This document shows positions 39,166 through 51,206 of a DNA stretch of 64,000 nt, piece by piece. The notes below the pieces were generated by a model. It was not told where the DNA came from and did no database searches. It saw only the letters and a list, made by a program, of their open reading frames with translations. The first letter of the stretch is position 1. Each line of letters starts with the position of its first letter. The DNA comes from Vicinamibacteria bacterium. GTDB taxonomy: Bacteria; Acidobacteriota; Vicinamibacteria; Marinacidobacterales; Marinacidobacteraceae. The stretch is taken from positions 992,001 to 1,056,000 of the forward strand of contig OY821641.1 of assembly GCA_963555995.3 (NCBI GenBank), written 5' to 3'. A program made the translations under genes and the position numbers.

Positions 39166-39834
39166 ACGTCGCCGGCCCATCGCTGGGACGTTTCCCCGCG
39201 GGAGGCCGCCGCGATCCAGCGGGAACTCGCCAACGGCGTGGAGGCGAAGGCGCCGCCCGGATTCGCCCCGCGGATCGTGGCGGGGCTGGACGCCGCCTTC
39301 CCGAAGGGGGGCCGGGAGTGCGTGGCGGCGGCGGTGGCGTGGTCGGTGCGCGAGCGCCGGGTGGTCGAGGAGCGGGTCGTCCGCCGCCCGCTGACCTTCC
39401 CCTATGTTCCGGGCCTCCTCTCCTTCCGCGAGGCCCCGGCGGTGCTGGCGGCGCTCGCGGAACTGGAGACGCCGGTGGATGCCCTGCTCGCTGACGGCCA
39501 CGGGCTCGCGCACCCGCGGCGGTTCGGCCTGGCGTGCCACCTCGGCGTCCTGACCGGGATTCCGGCGATCGGCTGCGCGAAGAGCGTCCTGGTCGGCGAG
39601 CACCGGGAAATCGCTCTGCCGCGCGGCTCGCAGGGTCCGCTCGATCATCGCGGCGAGCGCGTCGGCACCGTCCTCCGTACCCGCGATCGCGTACGGCCGG
39701 TGTTCGTGAGCATCGGCCACCGGATGGACCTCGAGTCTGCGGTGGGACTCGTCCTCGCCTGCGCCATAGGATTTCGGCTCCCGGAACCGATCCGCCGCGC
39801 CGACCGGCTGGTGAGTCAGGCCCGGAAACTCTGA
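39166..39834 (+). CDS. nfi: endonuclease V; start probably the near-cognate ACG at 39166 (first canonical start GTG 39238)
   Basis: HRWDVSPREAAAIQRELA N-terminus; FPYVPGLLSFRE, DGHGLAHPRRFGLACH, IGCAKS, RLPEP. Confidence 0.85.
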   Translation, partial: TSPAHRWDVSPREAAAIQRELANGVEAKAPPGFAPRIVAGLDAAFPKGGRECVAAAVAWSVRERRVVEERVVRRPLTFPYVPGLLSFREAPAVLAALAELETPVDALLADGHGLAHPRRFGLACHLGVLTGIPAIGCAKSVLVGEHREIALPRGSQGPLDHRGERVGTVLRTRDRVRPVFVSIGHRMDLESAVGLVLACAIGFRLPEPIRRADRLVSQARKL

Positions 39835-39856
39835 CCGCGGAGGCAGGAGGGATGCG

Positions 39857-41020
39857 ATGGTCCACGACGATCCGAGACAGTGGTTCGCCGCCATGGTGCT
39901 CCTGGCCGGATTGGGAGCGGCCTGCGGCGGCGGGGATTCGGCGCCTTCCGGCGAAGCGGCTCCCGTGGACCTGACGCCTCCGGCGCTCGAGGAGGCGGGC
40001 GCGGCCGCGTTCGCGGCGCTCGCCCTCGACTGCGTGACGAAGGAGTATCCGTACGGGCTGCGGGTGCGCCTCGAGAGCGCCGACGACCTCGGCCTGCCCG
40101 TGGACCTGACGCCGGTCTTCTACGGCTGCTACGACTGGCATTCGGCGGTGCACGGACACTGGCTGCTCGCCCGCCTGACCCGGGCGTTCCCCGGTGCGGA
40201 CTTCGCTTCCGGCGCCCGGGCGGCGCTCGATCAGAACCTGACCGAAGAGCGGGTCGCCGGCGAGCTGGATTTCGTCTCCAAGAAGGGCCGGCGCGGGTTC
40301 GAGCGTCCCTACGGCCTGGCCTGGCTGCTCCAGCTCGATGCCGAGCTGGCCGAATGGGCCGCCGCTCCGGTCTCCTCAGCCGACGACCGCGGCCGAGCGG
40401 CCCGCTGGCGCGAAACGCTCGCGCCCCTGGTCGAGAATGCCGTGGAGCGGCTCGGTGAGTTCCTGGAGAAGCTGGAACATCCGGTCCGGGTGGGCGAGCA
40501 CAAGCAGACGGCCTTCTCGGTGGGACTGATCCACGACTGGGCGGTATCCGTGGGCGACGAGGGAATGCAGGACCTCCTGGCCGCCCGGGCGCGGGTCTGG
40601 TACGGCGGAGACCGAGACTGCCCGGTGGGCTACGAACCGTCGGGTCAGGACTTCCTTTCGCCCTGTCTTGCCGAGGCCGACTTCATGCGGCGGGTGCTGC
40701 CGTCCGGCGAGTTCGCCGCCTGGCTCGACGGCTTCCTGCCCGGCCCTCTCTCAGCGACGCTGGAACCGGTGCACGTTCCCGCCGACGAGGAAGATGCCTT
40801 CGGTCATCTCCACGGCCTGCACCTGAGCCGCGCCTGGATGCTGCAGGGCATCGCCAGCGCGCTCCCCGAGGGCGATCCGCGCCAGGCGGCGATGGCCGCC
40901 CTCGCCAGCCGGAACGCCGAAGCCGGCTTCGCTGGCGTGGACCCCAACAACTACGTGGGCAGTCACTGGCTCGGCAGCTTCGCCACCTACCTGGCGACCC
41001 GCCGCGGGATCAGGGACTAG
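39857..41020 (+). CDS. DUF2891 family lipoprotein
   Basis: Lipobox-like GAAC; FYGCYDWHSAVHGHW, FERPYGLAW, DFLSPCLAEAD, HWLGSFA. Confidence 0.85.
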   Translation: MVHDDPRQWFAAMVLLAGLGAACGGGDSAPSGEAAPVDLTPPALEEAGAAAFAALALDCVTKEYPYGLRVRLESADDLGLPVDLTPVFYGCYDWHSAVHGHWLLARLTRAFPGADFASGARAALDQNLTEERVAGELDFVSKKGRRGFERPYGLAWLLQLDAELAEWAAAPVSSADDRGRAARWRETLAPLVENAVERLGEFLEKLEHPVRVGEHKQTAFSVGLIHDWAVSVGDEGMQDLLAARARVWYGGDRDCPVGYEPSGQDFLSPCLAEADFMRRVLPSGEFAAWLDGFLPGPLSATLEPVHVPADEEDAFGHLHGLHLSRAWMLQGIASALPEGDPRQAAMAALASRNAEAGFAGVDPNNYVGSHWLGSFATYLATRRGIRD

Positions 41021-41035
41021 CGGCGGGGACGGCCT

Positions 41036-41166
41036 GGAGCGCCGGCTTCAGCCGGCACCCGCTGCACGGAGCGCCGCGTGGCCGCGGTACCGCTGCTCCC
41101 CCGCATAGCACCCACGGCTTGGAACGCCGGTCTCCAGACCGGCACGCGCGGCGCTCCGCGCCGAGC
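41036..41166 (+). repeat. two tandem REP-like palindromes
   Basis: GGAGCGCCGGCTTCAGCCGGCAC at 41036-41058; GGAACGCCGGTCTCCAGACCGGCAC at 41121-41145. Confidence 0.85.
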
Positions 41167-41236
41167 ATGTCGCAACTCCATCAACCCCTACAGCATCCAC
41201 AGCTTGGAATCCTGACCCCCCTTGGAGTTCGGACGT

Positions 41237-42400
41237 TCAGCGGTACAACAAAAACGCGTCCCGGACGGGCTTGAAACCCTCGCCCTCGGCGTCCCCGGCG
41301 TCCGCAATCTCCGCCGTGGTGCGTCCCGCCTCGATCCCCTCGCGGATGTCCGGACTCCCGGACAGGATGTCAATCGGCAGGCGCACCAGCTCGTACTCGT
41401 AGGGCGGCTGGCGCCAGGCGAAGTCCGAGGGCCAGAGTCGCCGGACGTGGTTCAGGACGGCGATGCCGGTCCGCCACGGCAGGTAGGCGTCCCGGTCCGT
41501 GACGTGCTGCATGACCCCGCCGCACTCCGCGTTCCAGAACTTGTGGAAGGTGGGACGGAAGCGCACCGGGCGGAAGTGGACGCCGGGCAGCTCATCGCCC
41601 GCGAGGGCGTCGGCCAGCCGGGGTCCGTCCACCCACGGCGCGCCGCAGATTTCGAACGGCCGGGTGGTCCCCCGTCCCTCGGAGAGGTTCGTCCCCTCGA
41701 GCAGGCACGCGCCGGGATACACGGTCGCGGTGTCGAGCGTCGGCATGTTCGGCGAGGTCGGGATGAAGGGCAGGTTCGTCTGGTCGAGCCACGCTTCCCG
41801 CTTCCAGCCCCGGCAGCCGACGACCACCAGATCGCTGCCGATCCGGTGCCGACGGTTCAGGAGCCCGGCGATCTCGCCCACCGTCATCCCGTAGCGGTTG
41901 GGGAGGGAGTAGAGACCGACGAACGAGCGGTGGTCGCTGCGGATCAGGTTCCCCTCCACCGCGCTGCCGATGGGGTTCGGGCGGTCGAGGACGACGATCC
42001 GCTTGCCGCATTCGGCCGCCGCTTCCATCGCGTGGGCCATGGTCCAGACGTAGGTGTAGTAGCGGGAGCCGACGTCCGGGACGTCGAACACGAGGGCGTC
42101 GAGCCCCTCCAGCATCGCCCCCGTCGGCCGGCGCGTGGGTCCGTAGAGGCTGTACACCGGGATGCTGTCCTCCACGTCCGGGATCTCGATCAGGTCCTGT
42201 TCGGTGGCGTGGAACCCGTGCTCCGGGGCGAAGAGCGCCGCCAGCGTCACCCCGGGCATCCCCGCCAGCACGTCCCGCGCGTGGCAGAAGGACGAGTCCA
42301 CCGAAGCGGTGTTCGCGATCAACCCCACCCGGAGCCCCCGCAGCAACTCTCCCATCTCCGGGAGGCGATCCAGACCGGTCTGGACCGCGTACGCACTCAT
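41237..42400 (-). CDS. DUF1343 / exo-beta-N-acetylmuramidase NamZ family
   Basis: LFAPEHG, DVGSRYYTY, LDRPNP, GMTVGE, TSPNMP, SEGRGTTRPFE. Confidence 0.9.
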   Translation of the reverse strand: MSAYAVQTGLDRLPEMGELLRGLRVGLIANTASVDSSFCHARDVLAGMPGVTLAALFAPEHGFHATEQDLIEIPDVEDSIPVYSLYGPTRRPTGAMLEGLDALVFDVPDVGSRYYTYVWTMAHAMEAAAECGKRIVVLDRPNPIGSAVEGNLIRSDHRSFVGLYSLPNRYGMTVGEIAGLLNRRHRIGSDLVVVGCRGWKREAWLDQTNLPFIPTSPNMPTLDTATVYPGACLLEGTNLSEGRGTTRPFEICGAPWVDGPRLADALAGDELPGVHFRPVRFRPTFHKFWNAECGGVMQHVTDRDAYLPWRTGIAVLNHVRRLWPSDFAWRQPPYEYELVRLPIDILSGSPDIREGIEAGRTTAEIADAGDAEGEGFKPVRDAFLLYR

Positions 42401-42490
42401 CGGGGGAAGATTACACAGGGAACCGCCGCGTCGGTCCCTCCGGCGGATCGCTCAAGAATTTGACATTCGTGGCATTTTGTACGTTTTGGG

Positions 42491-42760
42491 ATGAAATCCA
42501 CCGTACCCGACGTTCTCTCCGTCACCGCAGCCCGCGACCAACTCGCCGAGATCACCGGACGAGTCCGCTTCGCTGGAGAACGAATCGTGCTGCAAAAGCA
42601 CGGCAAGACGGTCGCGGCGCTGGTGTCGCCGTCGGATCTTGAGGCACTGGAAGCGCTGGAGGATCGCCTCGATCTTCTGGATGCCCTCGACGCGCTTGCC
42701 GACTACCGGGCGAACGGTGGCGTGGATTTCGAAACCATCAAGGCTGACCTGGGTCTTTGA
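42491..42760 (+). CDS. Phd/YefM family antitoxin
   Basis: SVTAARDQLAEI..RIVLQKHGKTVAALV..LED. Confidence 0.85.
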   Translation: MKSTVPDVLSVTAARDQLAEITGRVRFAGERIVLQKHGKTVAALVSPSDLEALEALEDRLDLLDALDALADYRANGGVDFETIKADLGL

Positions 42761-43038
42761 AGCGGCGGATCGTCTTCTCACGAGCGGCGGACCGCGACTT
42801 CCGCAGGATTTCGGACCGTTCGGCGAGACGAAGGCTGGCTACCGCGATGGATGCGCTGGCGGAGAACCTGCATCCCCCGGACGCCCGGAAGCTCGCGGGT
42901 TTCGATGCGGTATGGCGCATCCGCGCCGGCGGATACCGGGTCCGCTACACATCGGAGCACGGGACGTTGGTCATTCTCGTGCTGGCGATCGCTCGACGGG
43001 CGGACATCTACGCGAAGCTGCGCCGACGCCTCGGGTGA
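42757..43038 (+). CDS. RelE/ParE family toxin
   Basis: TTG overlaps the antitoxin stop; KLAG..WRIRAGGYRVRY..RRADIY. Confidence 0.85.
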   Translation: MKRRIVFSRAADRDFRRISDRSARRRLATAMDALAENLHPPDARKLAGFDAVWRIRAGGYRVRYTSEHGTLVILVLAIARRADIYAKLRRRLG

Positions 43039-43138
43039 GCCGCATCGCTCCGGTAACGGCGAAGTCCGCCGCCGCGGTGCGATACTCGACAATTCGGCAG
43101 CCGTCCCAGATCGAGCGTGCTGCCGGAGAAGGCGCGCC

Positions 43139-43642
43139 GTGATCCCTCCCGTGGTTATCGCTCTCCTGCTGCTGGCCTTGGCCGCGCCTCCCACCACGTT
43201 CGTCGGCGGGATCGGGAGTGTGCCGCAGGTGTCCCCGGACGACCCGGCGGTCGCAGCCCTGGGAACGGACGCCGATGGGGACGGATTGTGGGACGACGTC
43301 CGGGCGGGCCTGGATCTGCTTCGGGAGGTCCCGGAGTCCCCGGCGAGCGACGGCGCTTACCGGGACACGCTGGAACAGGGCGCCAGAGCGTTGCAGCGGG
43401 CGCTTGTGGCGGTCGTCGCCGAGCCGGGAGCGAGCGCCGACCGGCTGCCTTCGGCGGCGCGGACCCTGGCGCGGGCGATCAACTGTCTGGGCCTCGTTTC
43501 CGACGACCCGCGGGAAGCGCTGACCTGGCTGGAAGGACTGGTGGTGAGCACGCCGGAGCGAGTAGAAGCCCACGTCCGGTTCCAGCGGGCCGTCGGGGAC
43601 CTGGTGACGGAAAGCCTGGAGCGCGAGCCCTGCGAACCGTGA
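43139..43642 (+). CDS. secreted hypothetical protein with DxDGDGxxDD motif
   Basis: GGAGAAGG RBS; signal peptide; PDDP..GTDADGDGLWDDVR; two Cys. Confidence 0.65.
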   Translation: MIPPVVIALLLLALAAPPTTFVGGIGSVPQVSPDDPAVAALGTDADGDGLWDDVRAGLDLLREVPESPASDGAYRDTLEQGARALQRALVAVVAEPGASADRLPSAARTLARAINCLGLVSDDPREALTWLEGLVVSTPERVEAHVRFQRAVGDLVTESLEREPCEP

Positions 43643-43736
43643 CGGGGCCCGATCGAGAGCGGTTGCCGGTGGTCTTTGCGATACTTGGCGGTTCGGCAGC
43701 CGCCCGGGTGGAGCGCGTTGCCGGAGGAGGCTCGCC

Positions 43737-45773
43737 GTGATCCTGCGCACCGTTGTCGCTCTCGCCCTGTTGGCCCTGGCCGCGCCGCCCGCCGCGATCG
43801 CCGCGGAAGAGGACCGCTGGACCCCGGCGCTCTCCATGAAGTACCACCGGGTCGGCTCGGTCGCCATCTCGCCGGACGGGACGCTGGTCGCCTTCGCGGT
43901 CACCGTGCCGCTCATGGAGGGCGACAAGTCCGAGTACCGGACCCAGATCCACGTGGTCCCGGCGGCGGGCGGTGACGCGGTCGCCTGGACCACCGGCGAG
44001 AACTCGGCGACCTCGCCTGCCTTCTCTCCGGACGGGCGCTATCTCGCGTTCCTCCGGAAGGGGGAGGAGAACCAGCAGGTCTGGCTGCTGCCGCTGGCGG
44101 GCGGCGAGGCCTACCGGGCGACCCACGCGGAGAACGGAGCGCGTTCCTACCGGTTCTCGCCGGACGGCTTCAGCATCGGTTACCTGATGACCGATCCCGA
44201 GACCGAGGAGGAGAAGACCCGCAAGAAGGAGAAGCGCGACGTCGAACTGGTGGACCAGGACTTCAAGTACGGCCATCTCTACGTGACCCTGGTGTCGGAT
44301 CGCCATGACCCCGACGGCGAGGACCGGCGCCTCACCCGGGGCGACTTCCACGTTTCGGGCTGGGACTGGTCGAGCAGTGACCGCATCGTCTTCAGCCACC
44401 AGGACGATCCGCGCATCAACACGAACCGCCGCTCCGGAGACCTGTCGGTCGTCAACCTGGGAAACGGGCAGGTCAACCTCCTGCACGGCGGCGACGGGAT
44501 CGAGAGCTCGCCCCGGGTCTCCCCGGACGGCCAGACGGTCGCGTTCCGCTCGACCGGCGACCAGCCGGAGCCGATCGGGCTCGGCGACGTCTACGTGATG
44601 CCGGTGATGGGCGGCGAGCGGGTGAAGCTCGCCGAGACGAAGGACCGGAGCCCGGGAATCCTCGGGTGGTCCCGGGACGGCTCGCTCGTTTACGTGGCGG
44701 AAGCCGAGCGCACCTCGCGCCGGCTCTTCGGACTTCCCGCTGACGGAGGCGATCTGGTGGACCTGACGCCGGGTGAGGGCGTGTTCCGCTCCACGGCCGT
44801 CGCGACCGCCGCCGACGTGATGGCGTTCACGCACGAGACGCCGGAGACGCCGTGGGACGTGTTCGCCGCCGACCTCGGCAAGGGAGGCGGCGCCGCGGCG
44901 GCCTTCGAGCCGCGCCGCCTCACCGACCTCCACCAGGACGTGCCCCGTCCCGCGATGGGGAAGACCAGCGTCCTCACCTGGACCTCACCGGACGGCACCC
45001 CGGTGGAAGGTCTCCTGACCCTCCCGGTGGGCTACGAGGAGGGTCGCCGGGTTCCCCTGATCCTGAACGTCCACGGCGGACCGGCGGGGGTCTATTCCGA
45101 GACCTTCACCGGCGCCCCGTCCATCTACATGCTCCAGTACTTCGCCCAGGAGGGGTTCGCGATCCTGCGTCCCAACCCGCGCGGGTCCACCGGCTACGGC
45201 AAGGACTTCCGCTACGCCAACTTCATGGACTGGGGCTTCGGGGACATGGACGACCTGATGGCGGGGGTGGACCTCGTGATCGAGCAGGGGGTGGCGCAGG
45301 TCGACCGGCTCTACATCATGGGATGGAGCTACGGCGGCTACATGACCTCGTTCGCGGTCACCCGCACCGACCGTTTCGTGGCCGCCAGCATGGGCGCGGG
45401 GCTGCCGAACCTGATCAGCATGGTCACCACCACCGACATCCAGGACTACCTCGCCGGCCACATGGGCGGCGACTTCTGGGAGGACTACGAGGTGTACGAG
45501 GCCCACTCGGCGATCTACCGCATCGCCGAGGTGACCACCCCGACGCAGGTCATCCACGGCGCGCAGGACCTCCGGGTCCCCTTCACCCAGGGGCAGGAGT
45601 TCTACCGGGCGCTCGACCGCCGGGGGGTGCCCACCGAGTTCGTGGTCTATCCCCGGACCCCGCACGGGCCCCGGGAGCCGAAGTTCCTGATGGACGTCTC
45701 GGAGCGCATCCTGACCTGGTTCCGGGCGCACACGCCGGAAGAAGCGACCGACGACGCCGCGAGCAGCCGCTGA
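43737..45773 (+). CDS. S9 family peptidase (acylaminoacyl-peptidase-like, PD40 repeats)
   Basis: SPDG repeats, VHGGP, GWSYGG, HGAQDLRVP, H of the catalytic triad. Confidence 0.9.
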   Translation: MILRTVVALALLALAAPPAAIAAEEDRWTPALSMKYHRVGSVAISPDGTLVAFAVTVPLMEGDKSEYRTQIHVVPAAGGDAVAWTTGENSATSPAFSPDGRYLAFLRKGEENQQVWLLPLAGGEAYRATHAENGARSYRFSPDGFSIGYLMTDPETEEEKTRKKEKRDVELVDQDFKYGHLYVTLVSDRHDPDGEDRRLTRGDFHVSGWDWSSSDRIVFSHQDDPRINTNRRSGDLSVVNLGNGQVNLLHGGDGIESSPRVSPDGQTVAFRSTGDQPEPIGLGDVYVMPVMGGERVKLAETKDRSPGILGWSRDGSLVYVAEAERTSRRLFGLPADGGDLVDLTPGEGVFRSTAVATAADVMAFTHETPETPWDVFAADLGKGGGAAAAFEPRRLTDLHQDVPRPAMGKTSVLTWTSPDGTPVEGLLTLPVGYEEGRRVPLILNVHGGPAGVYSETFTGAPSIYMLQYFAQEGFAILRPNPRGSTGYGKDFRYANFMDWGFGDMDDLMAGVDLVIEQGVAQVDRLYIMGWSYGGYMTSFAVTRTDRFVAASMGAGLPNLISMVTTTDIQDYLAGHMGGDFWEDYEVYEAHSAIYRIAEVTTPTQVIHGAQDLRVPFTQGQEFYRALDRRGVPTEFVVYPRTPHGPREPKFLMDVSERILTWFRAHTPEEATDDAASSR

Positions 45774-45848
45774 CGGGGTCGGCGTCCGGCCCGCCGGGGG
45801 CCGGTTCGGAAGCCCGCGCTCTCCGGCGCGTCGTTTCTCCCCGCTCGG

Positions 45849-46085
45849 CTACCAGTCGCTTGGACCGATGCTCCTGGCCTGCATCTCCGCGAACACCGGA
45901 TCCAGCCCGCTGGGCTCCTCCGCGTACACCTCGTTCAGTTTGGCCGTGATCTCCTCGCGGCTTAGTCGGGTCCAGGGCGGGACCGAGGCTGTTTCGGCGC
46001 GCTCCGTCTCCGACGCTTCACGCGGATTCTTGGCGGGATCGGCTGCCTGGGAGCGCTCTACCGGGGTGCGATCAGCTTTGGTCAC
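45849..46085 (-). CDS. small protein resembling the C-terminal half of a MazE/ChpI-like antitoxin (orphan)
   Basis: EITAKLNEVYAEEPSGLDPVFAEMQARSI..DW; TAGGTT 6 nt before the GTG. Confidence 0.5.
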   Translation of the reverse strand: MTKADRTPVERSQAADPAKNPREASETERAETASVPPWTRLSREEITAKLNEVYAEEPSGLDPVFAEMQARSIGPSDW

Positions 46086-46146
46086 ACTCCAAACCTACCG
46101 CAAGTTGCACTGGTGATGGAGTCGTGGTCGCCACGGGGGGAGGCGC

Positions 46147-46254
46147 GTGCCGGCTGAAGCCGGCGTTCCAAACCGGTGCGCCGTCCGCGTGGTTGGCGGT
46201 ACGCGGTTCCGCTGCGCTCCGCGCAGCGGGTGCCGGCCTGGAGGCCGGCGCTCC
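46147..46254 (-). repeat. two REP-like palindromes
   Basis: GTGCCGGCTGAAGCCGGCGTTCC at 46147-46169; GTGCCGGCCTGGAGGCCGGCGCTCC at 46230-46254. Confidence 0.85.
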
Positions 46255-46380
46255 CTTTCCGCCCCGCTACACTTCGCGCCTTCCGGTCCCGAATGGGCGG
46301 GACCCTGAGCAGTTCGCGGCCCAGCCTCGCCGGCGCTCCCCCGGTCGGGCCCGCGCATCTCACCGAGTGAGGAAAGCCCC

Positions 46381-48657
<2,277 letters not shown>

Positions 48658-48676
48658 CGGCGAGCCGGGAGCCGGA

Positions 48677-49879
48677 GTGCCGCGCGACTCGGCGGTAACC
48701 GGCAACCCGCCGCGTCCCGCCCGGGCGCGGATCCACTCCCTGGACGCGCTGCGCGCGGTGATGATGCTGCTCGGGCTGGTGCTGCACACCGCCCTCAGCT
48801 ACGTCCCCGAACTGTCGTCCGGCGAGTGGCCCTACCAGGACCGGCAGGCGAGCGATGGGTTCGGCTGGCTGGTCAGCCTCATCCACACGTTCCGGATGCC
48901 GGCGTTCTTCACGGTAGCCGGATTCTTCGCGGCGTTCCTGGTCGAAAGGCGCGGCACGGGCGCGTTCCTCCGCCATCGGCTGCACCGGATCGGCGTTCCG
49001 CTGGTCGGCGGCTGGATCCTTCTCTTCCCGCTGGGCGCGGTGGCCTGGGTCTTCGCGGCGTCCCGTTCCGGCGTTCCGCTGGCGCCGGCGCCCGGGTCGG
49101 AGGACATCGGATTCGACTGGATGCACCTCTGGTTCCTGTACCAACTGCTGATCCTTTCCGCCTGCGCCGCGCTGTTCCGGTCCGGTCTCGTCCGGTTCCG
49201 GCCGGCGGGAGCGGCCCGGCTCGCGGGAATCGCGCGCCGGGCCCTCGGCCGGCGGTGGATGTTCCCGGTGCTGGCGGGGATCACCGCGTTGACGCTGATT
49301 CCCATGGAAGCCTGGGAGCTGGAGACCGACGGCTCGCTGTTCCCCCCGATCCGGCTGCTGGCGGCCTACACGGTCTTCTTCGTCTTCGGCTGGCTGGAGC
49401 ACGGCCGGGGCGGGAGCTTCGGCCACCTCCGCGACCGCTGCCTCACCCGCCTCGGCGGGGGTCTCTTCTTCCACACCCTCTACCTCGCGGTGATCGTGCC
49501 CCACGTCGGGACCGCGCCGGCGGAAGCCCCGGTCGCACACAACGCGGGGATGGCCCTCCTCGCAGTCTCGATGTGGCTCTTCGTCCTCGGGTTCCTGGGC
49601 CTGTTCCGCCGCTGGCTGGACGCCCCGAGCCCCGGCTGGCGCTATCTCTCGGACGCCTCCTACTGGATGTACCTGGTCCACCTGCCGCTGACCGTCGCGC
49701 TGCCGCCGCTCCTTTCGGGCTGGGACGCCCCCGGCCTCATCAAGTTCGCTCTCGCCCTCGGCGCGGCGTTCGCCGTCACCCTCGTCACCTACCACTACGG
49801 TGTGCGCTCCACCTGGGTGGGGAAGCGCCTCAATGGCCGCCGCCATCCCCGGATCTTTCCCTGGCGGGCGCCCGCATAG
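48677..49879 (+). CDS. acyltransferase-3 (OpgC/MdoC-like) membrane protein
   Basis: LDALRA, HTFRMPAFF, HLWFL, DASYWMYLVH. Confidence 0.85.
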   Translation: MPRDSAVTGNPPRPARARIHSLDALRAVMMLLGLVLHTALSYVPELSSGEWPYQDRQASDGFGWLVSLIHTFRMPAFFTVAGFFAAFLVERRGTGAFLRHRLHRIGVPLVGGWILLFPLGAVAWVFAASRSGVPLAPAPGSEDIGFDWMHLWFLYQLLILSACAALFRSGLVRFRPAGAARLAGIARRALGRRWMFPVLAGITALTLIPMEAWELETDGSLFPPIRLLAAYTVFFVFGWLEHGRGGSFGHLRDRCLTRLGGGLFFHTLYLAVIVPHVGTAPAEAPVAHNAGMALLAVSMWLFVLGFLGLFRRWLDAPSPGWRYLSDASYWMYLVHLPLTVALPPLLSGWDAPGLIKFALALGAAFAVTLVTYHYGVRSTWVGKRLNGRRHPRIFPWRAPA

Positions 49880-49918
49880 CGGATAACCTAGCCGGAGGTA
49901 CGCACCACCGCCGATCTC

Positions 49919-51163
49919 ATGGCCTTTGCTGGCATCCGCTTCCGGGATCTGATCGCGGTCGTCGGTGTCGCTGGGGTGCTGGTGGCCGGTGCGGTGCTGC
50001 TCCACCAGGCGCGTCCGCGGGTGGCCGGCAGGACCCCCGAGCAGATCCGGGCGAGCGGCGAGTGCGCGAACTGTCATCGCAACGAGACTGGGGCGGTGGT
50101 GGCGCAGTTCGAGATGAGCGCCCACGCGGGCGCCGGGGTGACCTGCCTCGACTGCCACCAAGTGCGTCCGGGGCAGGCCGCGGTCGAGCACCACGGGTTC
50201 GAGATCACCACCGCGACCACCGCGCTCGCCTGCCGGGGCTGCCACGCCGACGAGGCGCGCCAGTTCGAACGCAGCCGCCACGCGCTTCCGGCCTACGCGG
50301 CCGTCATGGGCACCGAGGGGTATCCCGCCACGTTCGCCACCGAGCGGATCGCCCGCGCCGAGGAGATCCACCCCGGAGCGGTCCGGCGCCCGCCGAACGC
50401 GCTCGCGCGGCTCGAGGGCTCGCCGACCACGGTGTCCGGCTGTCTCGGGTGCCACGACATCGGGCGGCCGAACGCCGACGGCTCCATCGGGACCTGCACG
50501 GCCTGCCACAGCCGGCACTCCACCGCGATCTCGCTGGCCCGGGCGCCGGCCACCTGCGGGCAGTGCCATATGGGGCCGGACCACGCGCAAAAGGAGATCT
50601 ACAGCGAGTCGAAGCACGGCATCCTGTTCGAGGCGCAGCGGCACCTGATGAACCTGGACGCCGAACCAAAACTGCTCACTGCCTTCGACATGCCGGTGCC
50701 GACCTGCGCCACGTGCCACATGAGCGGCCTGGAGGGCGCGAAGGTGACCCACGACACCACCGAGCGGCTCTCGTGGTGGCTCTTCGCCCCGGTTTCCGAG
50801 AAACGGCCCCACTACGACCAGGCGCAGGCCGAGATGCAGGGCATCTGCCTCAAATGCCATGCCGAGAACCAGGTGACGCAGTTCTATGCCGACGCCGAGG
50901 CGCTGGTGGAGACCACCAACGCCCGCGTCGCCGAGCTGATGGAACGCATGGCCGAGGTGCAGGAAGCGGGGCTCCTGACCGAGGCGCCCTTCGACGAGCC
51001 GCTCGATTTCCTGTTCTTCGACGCCTGGCACTACGCGGGCCGCACGGTGAAGCACGGCGCGTTCATGGACGGCGCCGACTTCGTGCAGTGGCACGGGACC
51101 TACGACCTCATCAACCGGATCACCGAGATCGAGGAACGGATCCAAGCGCTTTCGCCGGAGTGA
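49919..51163 (+). CDS. membrane-anchored octaheme c-type cytochrome, HAO-family-like
   Basis: 8 CxxCH motifs (CANCH, CLDCH, CRGCH, CLGCH, CTACH, CGQCH, CATCH, CLKCH); CHMGPDH..IY.ESKHG and PTCATCHM as in the HAO family. Confidence 0.85.
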   Translation: MAFAGIRFRDLIAVVGVAGVLVAGAVLLHQARPRVAGRTPEQIRASGECANCHRNETGAVVAQFEMSAHAGAGVTCLDCHQVRPGQAAVEHHGFEITTATTALACRGCHADEARQFERSRHALPAYAAVMGTEGYPATFATERIARAEEIHPGAVRRPPNALARLEGSPTTVSGCLGCHDIGRPNADGSIGTCTACHSRHSTAISLARAPATCGQCHMGPDHAQKEIYSESKHGILFEAQRHLMNLDAEPKLLTAFDMPVPTCATCHMSGLEGAKVTHDTTERLSWWLFAPVSEKRPHYDQAQAEMQGICLKCHAENQVTQFYADAEALVETTNARVAELMERMAEVQEAGLLTEAPFDEPLDFLFFDAWHYAGRTVKHGAFMDGADFVQWHGTYDLINRITEIEERIQALSPE

Positions 51164-51206
51164 CCCCGGTCCGCGTGCGGCTACCGAGAACGCCCCCGGC
51201 GATCCC

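Noticed and set aside
49919-51163. Evidence of ammonia/hydroxylamine oxidation (nitrifier hao)
   Set aside because: No cycA/cycB or amo genes nearby, and the cross-linking Tyr appears to be absent
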